Source: Candidatus Micrarchaeota archaeon (GTDB lineage Archaea; Micrarchaeota; Micrarchaeia; Anstonellales; Bilamarchaeaceae). From it: DNA of 10,547 bases. The number at the start of each line of letters is the position of its first letter. The first letter of the stretch is position 1. Shown here piece after piece: positions 6,084-10,547 of the stretch. The notes below the pieces were generated by a model that saw nothing but the letters and a program-made list of their open reading frames with translations, had not been told where the DNA came from and searched no databases. A program made the translations under genes and the position numbers. The stretch lies in the NCBI GenBank assembly GCA_041694885.1, contig JBGFRX010000025.1, positions 1 through 10,547 on the forward strand, given 5' to 3'.

Positions 6084-6269
6084 CTACTGCCTGGCCTTAA
6101 AAACCCTCGCGCTCCGGGTCCACTTCACCTTTCTCCCTTCTCTGCCAAGCTTGAGCGTGTTTTTCCTGCACTTGCTCGAGCAGAAATAAATTATCGTTCC
6201 ATCCTTTTTCGCGTGAACTATCCCTGAGCCTTTCCTGAGTTCGTCCGCGCAGAAATAACATGCAGGCAT
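6084..6269 (-). CDS. rpl24e: 50S ribosomal protein L24e
   Basis: Zn-finger 'CYFC...G.G...KKDG...YFCSSKC' and 'RKVKWT'. ATG 6269 follows AGGTGA (6275-6280). Conserved L7Ae-S28e-L24e-ndk order. Confidence 0.95.
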   Translation of the reverse strand: MPACYFCADELRKGSGIVHAKKDGTIIYFCSSKCRKNTLKLGREGRKVKWTRSARVFKARQ

Positions 6270-6274
6270 GCAAA

Positions 6275-6481
6275 TCACCTTGCCCTTATCTCCTTCGCTT
6301 CCCTCTCGGTTTCGAGCAGCACGATCACCATGCCTTTCTTCACCGGGCCCTTTATGTTCCTCATTATTATCCTTCCCGCATCAAGGCCTTCGAGGACCTT
6401 GCAAAGTACCTGGTAAATCTCGCCGTATACCCCGGTCTTTGCCCTTACCTCAACAATCTCGGCGTGAAATCCTTCTGCCAT
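6275..6481 (-). CDS. rps28e: 30S ribosomal protein S28e
   Basis: 'AEIVEV..KTGVYGEIYQVLCKVLEG...GRIIMRNIKGPVKKG...VLLETEREA'. Confidence 0.96.
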   Translation of the reverse strand: MAEGFHAEIVEVRAKTGVYGEIYQVLCKVLEGLDAGRIIMRNIKGPVKKGMVIVLLETEREAKEIRAR

Positions 6482-6489
6482 TCAATCGC

Positions 6490-6849
6490 CTATTTCTTCG
6501 GAAGCCGCTTTATTATGTCAGCCACGGTTTCTTTCGCTCCGCCCGCGTTCTCTATCGCAACTGCGGAAGTTGGGACTATCAGCCCTGCAGCAGTACCTAA
6601 TTCCTTTTTGGTGGCAATGAACGCACACGGTATGCCCTTTTCCTCGCAAAGGATCGGGATGTGCATCACGACCTCCTCGGGCTGAACATCCTCGGCAACA
6701 ATCACGAGCTGCGCGCTCTTTTTCTCTATCGCCTTCGTAACCTCGTTCACTCCCTTCCTGATTTTCCCACTGTCCCTGGCTGCGGAAAGCGCTTCGGCAA
6801 TCCGAACCTTGATTTCGTCAGGCGTAGGGTTCTTCACGTAGCTTGCCAT
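6490..6849 (-). CDS. rpl7ae: 50S ribosomal protein L7Ae (k-turn-binding protein)
   Basis: 'GKIRKGVNEVTKAIEK..AQLVIVAEDVQPEEVVMHIPILCEEKGIP...TKKELGTAAG'; GAGGTGA RBS. Confidence 0.98.
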   Translation of the reverse strand: MASYVKNPTPDEIKVRIAEALSAARDSGKIRKGVNEVTKAIEKKSAQLVIVAEDVQPEEVVMHIPILCEEKGIPCAFIATKKELGTAAGLIVPTSAVAIENAGGAKETVADIIKRLPKK

Positions 6850-6854
6850 TATTT

Positions 6855-6940
6855 CACCTCAAATTCTTTCATCGGTGCTTTTTCCGGCTCGTCGTCCCTA
6901 AGGGGCGATTCATTGCACTAGAATTAGCCGCAAAAGCATC
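6855..6940 (-). promoter_or_regulatory. rpl7ae 5' UTR with k-turn(s) sequestering the Shine-Dalgarno (L7Ae autoregulatory leader)
   Basis: Minus strand 6877->6855 reads CACC-GAU-GA-AA-GAAU-UU-GA-GGUG, giving a C-stem, 3-nt bulge and tandem G-A pairs, with the SD as the 3' strand. A second k-turn-like hairpin, GC-AAU-GA-A-UCG...CGA-C-GA-GC, lies at about 6887-6916. Confidence 0.8.
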
Positions 6941-6959
6941 ACACATATTGCCGAAGGGG

Positions 6960-6967
6960 ATTTAAAA
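6960..6967 (-). promoter_or_regulatory. TATA box of the rpl7ae operon
   Basis: TTTTAAAT on the minus strand immediately after the AAA gene stop, about 25 bp upstream of the structured leader. Confidence 0.6.
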
Positions 6968-6969
6968 GC

Positions 6970-9705
6970 TTACCTCCTTTCCCCGTATTCGTTCAGGAAT
7001 TCGCGGTATTCATCGAGCATCGTCCTCGTTATCGATGGCTTCCGGGATGAGAGTATTTTGAGCAGCGCAGAGGTCGTTAGCTTCGGCGCGCCGCCCCTTA
7101 TTTTCTGCCGCAGCGCCTCTATCTTCGCGCTCTGCACTATCGAGGAGATGTCCGCTCCTGAGAAGCCCTCGCTGTCCTGCGAAAGAAGCGCGAAATCCAC
7201 GCCTTCAGCGAACTTCCCTAATCCTATTTTGAATATTTCCTTTCTTCCCTCGGCATCAGGGGGAGGTATGTAGAATATCTTGTCGAACCTTCCGGGCCGC
7301 AGGATCGCGGCATCGAGGATGTCCGGCTTGTTCGTTGCGCCGATCACCACCACTCCCTTGAGTTCCTTCATTCCATCCATTTCCGTCAGCAGCTGGCCCA
7401 CTATGTCCCCTCCACCCATCGCCCGCGAAGGCGCAATCGTCTCTATCTCGTCTATGAAAACGATTGCAGGCGTGTTCTCCTTCGCCCTGAGGAACGATTC
7501 CTTGAGAACCGAGGTGGCCTGCGTATAGCCCTTTTTCATCAGGTCAGCTCCGCTAAGCGTTATGAATGACGCCTTGAGCTCATTCGCAGCTGCGCGCACT
7601 ATGAGGGTTTTTCCGCACCCGGGCGGCCCGAACAAAAGTATGCCCTTGCTCGGCTTGACCTTGTATTCCTTCATCAATTCCTCGTGCATGAGCGGAAGCT
7701 CTATTGCCTCGAGCAGCGCGTTCCTCACTTCATCCAGCCCTGCGACATCTGCCCAGCGCACCCCTTCTTTTTCCTCCTTCGCTTTCTCCCTTTCCCTTCC
7801 CTTCCCGCCCATCCGCCTTTCGAAATCCATCCGGAATTTTTCATAATCTTCAAGGTGCGCGAGCGAAACCGAGGGCTTGGTGTGGCCTATTGTCGCGAGG
7901 AGGTCTTCAGTAGTTATTGGCAATTCCACATCCTTTTTCTGCGCCTCCTTCGCCACTGACTTCACCGTCTCGTTAACCACGTTTTTTATGTCCGCGCCGG
8001 AAAACCGCTCGGTTTTCTTCGCGAGCTTTTCGTAATCAATGCTCTGGGTAGGGTATTTCCTCAGGTGGACCTTGAATATCGCCTTCCTTGCCTCGTAATC
8101 CGGCACAGGCATATAGATTATCTTGTCAAACCTTCCAGGGCGAAGAAGCGCAGGATCCAGCTCGTTTGGTATGTTGGTCGTTCCGATCACCATTATCGGC
8201 TTTCCACTGCTCACCGCGCCGTCTATCTCCTGCAAAAGCACGCTCAGCACGCGCGGCGTTACGTCGTCGGTGTATGAGGTGCGGCTCTTCCCGATGGTGT
8301 CTATTTCGTCGAACATTATTATACATGGCGCGCTCTTCCTCGCGTCCGCGAAGAGTTCCGCTACGTTTTTTTCGGATTCGCCGTACCATTTGCTCAAAAG
8401 TTCGGAAGTATTGACGTAATAAAGCCGGTAGCTTATCTCGTTCGCGAGCGCCCTTATTATCATCGTCTTTCCTGTTCCCGGAGGCCCGAAAAGGAGTATC
8501 CCCTTGGGCGGCGTCAGACCGTATATATACGCAAGGTCCTTCTGCTCAAGCGGCAGCATCACCGCATCTCTTATCTCCTCCTTCACGTCCTCGTATCCGC
8601 CTACGTCCTCGAATTTCTCCCCCTTCTCCAGGGACAGGTCGTGTACGCCAAACTTCCCGAACTGCTTGAGCATTTTTCTTTTCATTATCGCACTCTCCTG
8701 GCTGAACTTGACGTTGTTGCTTTCCAGCAGCGCGATTATCCCGACTGAAGCAAGGGCGTAAACTATTATCTCGGCCCTGAAGGGATAATTGAACAAAAGC
8801 GAGATCATGTAGTCGCAGAGCGGAACGGCGAGAAGGAAAAGCGAAGACAACGTTTGCGCATGCTTCCCATGTATGCGTCCCGAAGTGAAGCTTATAAGAT
8901 AAAGGACGAGTGACCACGTGATGAGCTGGATGAGCGCGCTGTCCGCAAACAGCATCCTGCTTATGTTCTCCATCGTCTTCCCGAGCGCTTCATTAAATTC
9001 GACTGCTCTGGAAAAGTCGAGAAGCGAAGCAAGCGCTGCGCCGAACTCCTGCGGAAGCTGCGCGAGCGGAACTTCAGGCCTGAGGAGCTGGAGCACCTGC
9101 GACGCCGGGGAATAAAGTCCGGTATTGAGAGGCATGTATGCGGCGTTCTGATAAACCCATATAGAGGAAAGGAAAAGGATTATGAAAACCGACGGCACCG
9201 AAACCAATATCGCCTTCGACGAGCCGAAATTCAGCGCTGCAATCACCATCCCGAGCATCACGAACCCGCCCAAGAGCGAGAGCGGAAAAGGCGTAAATGG
9301 TAGGAATATCAGGACTTCAAGGGCGGATATTATCCCCCAGTTTTCAAACGCCTCGAACAGCACTATTGCGGTTATGAGCACGAAAAGTAAGCCGAGCGAA
9401 TACGACTGGTACGCGAATGCAGGGAATGCGAGCGCCACGCTCAGTATCGTGCCCACTGCAGGATTTCTGTACGCCACAGCGCCGCACAGGAACGCAAGAA
9501 GCGGCGAAACGTAAACCGGGTAGAACGGGATCGCAAGAAGAATAGAAAGCGCACCAAGAAAAACCAGAAATCCGTGCCAGAAATTCTCATCTGCCTGAAG
9601 GATTTTCGTGTACGCCTTTATCTTCTGGCCTGAGATGGTCCTCGTCTTCACCTCTTCGTTCTGCATATTGTCTGGATTATTTGATGAGGTTTTTAATCCT
9701 TGCAC
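6970..9705 (-). CDS. Polytopic membrane protein fused to two CDC48-like AAA+ ATPase domains
   Basis: The N-terminal ~330 aa contain about 8-10 hydrophobic segments. D1: GPPGTGKT, IIMFDEID, TN..LDPALLRPGRFD. D2: GPPGCGKT, IVFIDEIE, TN..LDAAILRPGRFD. The start is uncertain (GTG 9705 or ATG 9666). Confidence 0.9.
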   Translation of the reverse strand: MQGLKTSSNNPDNMQNEEVKTRTISGQKIKAYTKILQADENFWHGFLVFLGALSILLAIPFYPVYVSPLLAFLCGAVAYRNPAVGTILSVALAFPAFAYQSYSLGLLFVLITAIVLFEAFENWGIISALEVLIFLPFTPFPLSLLGGFVMLGMVIAALNFGSSKAILVSVPSVFIILFLSSIWVYQNAAYMPLNTGLYSPASQVLQLLRPEVPLAQLPQEFGAALASLLDFSRAVEFNEALGKTMENISRMLFADSALIQLITWSLVLYLISFTSGRIHGKHAQTLSSLFLLAVPLCDYMISLLFNYPFRAEIIVYALASVGIIALLESNNVKFSQESAIMKRKMLKQFGKFGVHDLSLEKGEKFEDVGGYEDVKEEIRDAVMLPLEQKDLAYIYGLTPPKGILLFGPPGTGKTMIIRALANEISYRLYYVNTSELLSKWYGESEKNVAELFADARKSAPCIIMFDEIDTIGKSRTSYTDDVTPRVLSVLLQEIDGAVSSGKPIMVIGTTNIPNELDPALLRPGRFDKIIYMPVPDYEARKAIFKVHLRKYPTQSIDYEKLAKKTERFSGADIKNVVNETVKSVAKEAQKKDVELPITTEDLLATIGHTKPSVSLAHLEDYEKFRMDFERRMGGKGREREKAKEEKEGVRWADVAGLDEVRNALLEAIELPLMHEELMKEYKVKPSKGILLFGPPGCGKTLIVRAAANELKASFITLSGADLMKKGYTQATSVLKESFLRAKENTPAIVFIDEIETIAPSRAMGGGDIVGQLLTEMDGMKELKGVVVIGATNKPDILDAAILRPGRFDKIFYIPPPDAEGRKEIFKIGLGKFAEGVDFALLSQDSEGFSGADISSIVQSAKIEALRQKIRGGAPKLTTSALLKILSSRKPSITRTMLDEYREFLNEYGERR

Positions 9706-10094
9706 GTCCCGAAGAAAAATTCATCTGCCGAAAATCCGCTCAGATTCACTCCCTTTATCTCCTTCACGCTGTCGTTCGCGGACAAGTAGAGGGATTTGAT
9801 CTTTGGAATCATTACGCCCGAGGAAATCCTGCCCTCATTTGCAGCGAGGCCGGAAGCGATCTCCTCGCTCACCAGTCCGATGCACAGCCCGGTTTTGCCT
9901 AAAATTTCCCCGGCCAACTTATTCCCTTTCGTGAGGTTTTCGAACCCTCCTTTTATGTGCATTATGTTCTTTACGTCTCCTTGCAGCTCATACATGTAAA
10001 GCGAATTGTCTATTTTCTGCTCTGAAGGTACGAGTAGAAACAGCGAGAACATCACAAGGACCAAAAACGAAAGGGTCGATTCGAGCAGTTGCAT
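9693..10094 (-). CDS. Hypothetical protein with an N-terminal hydrophobic helix, pilin-like
   Basis: GGTGA RBS and an ATG start. 'MQLLESTLSFLVLVMFSLFLLV' has Glu at +5 within a hydrophobic helix. Co-oriented with the flanking genes. Confidence 0.7.
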   Translation of the reverse strand: MQLLESTLSFLVLVMFSLFLLVPSEQKIDNSLYMYELQGDVKNIMHIKGGFENLTKGNKLAGEILGKTGLCIGLVSEEIASGLAANEGRISSGVMIPKIKSLYLSANDSVKEIKGVNLSGFSADEFFFGTCKD

Positions 10095-10107
10095 ATAATT
10101 TCACCCA

Positions 10108-10530
10108 CTATTTTTCCGCATAGGCGCAAAAATACAATTTCCTTATTTCATCAGCAGGTTCGTAGAGCACAAGCCGGTATATGCACGTCCCTTTCTTCTG
10201 GAAATCGTCATCTTCGAAGCCAATGATGAGATTTATGCGCAGCCGCTTTCCCAATTCCCTTTCCATTCCGGAAAAGTCGTTGCCCGTAATGAGGTTCGGC
10301 CGGACTTTCTTCTCCGGGAACCACTCTCCTTCTGTTTTCGCGAGCCCCACCCTTACGGCATAGTTGCTCGCAGAAACCAATTTGTCGAAAACAATCTGCC
10401 TTTCCATTTTTTCGTTTGTGCGCGCTTCCATGAAAGAAGCGAAAACAAGTGTAGATGAAACGATCAGCAGTATCGGGATGAGCGCGAAAAGCAGATCGAA
10501 CGAAACAAATCCATCATATTGCTTCGCCAT
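10108..10530 (-). CDS. Hypothetical protein with a class III (prepilin-type) signal peptide-like N-terminus
   Basis: ATG 10530 follows GGTGA (10536-10540). 'MAKQYDG/FVSFDLLFALIPILLIV' gives Gly at -1, Phe at +1, Asp at +5, then a hydrophobic helix. Confidence 0.72.
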   Translation of the reverse strand: MAKQYDGFVSFDLLFALIPILLIVSSTLVFASFMEARTNEKMERQIVFDKLVSASNYAVRVGLAKTEGEWFPEKKVRPNLITGNDFSGMERELGKRLRINLIIGFEDDDFQKKGTCIYRLVLYEPADEIRKLYFCAYAEK

Positions 10531-10547
10531 CGTTTTCACCAATTCCG

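Noticed and set aside
6970..9705. Annotation as ftsH or canonical cdc48/vat
   Set aside because: There is no HEXXH protease domain, there are two AAA rings rather than one, and the soluble N-domain and HbYX tail are missing, so no gene symbol was assigned.
3255..10363. Numerous plus-strand ORFs of 60-231 aa opposite the minus-strand genes
   Set aside because: They are antisense shadow ORFs of well-supported genes, with no recognisable motifs.

Overview
Archaeal chromosomal window: ribosomal proteins L7Ae/S28e/L24e, GGTGA ribosome-binding sites, BRE/TATA promoters and an intron-containing tRNA. The gene repertoire suggests a DPANN, Micrarchaeota-like lineage, but that is inference only. From left to right: (1) tRNA-Leu(TAG) on the minus strand with a 64-nt intron at 37/38, preceded by a 90-bp palindromic element that duplicates the tRNA's first 13 nt; (2) a plus-strand metal-uptake operon with a perfect 20-bp DtxR/SirR-type operator, an unannotated Met/Gly-rich 32-aa ORF, a DtxR/MntR-family regulator, feoA and feoB; (3) a long minus-strand run, in transcription order: two pilin-like membrane proteins, a polytopic membrane-anchored double-AAA (CDC48-like) ATPase, rpl7ae (with k-turns in its 5' UTR), rps28e, rpl24e, ndk, a dUTPase/dCTP-deaminase-family gene, a DsbA-like lipoprotein and a monothiol thioredoxin-fold surface protein. 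Degenerate 7-bp repeats recur in the non-coding DNA of the first 620 bp, including inside the tRNA intron. The best candidates for something undescribed are the membrane-embedded tandem AAA ATPase with its pilin-like neighbours, the tRNA-leader element and the Met-rich micropeptide.
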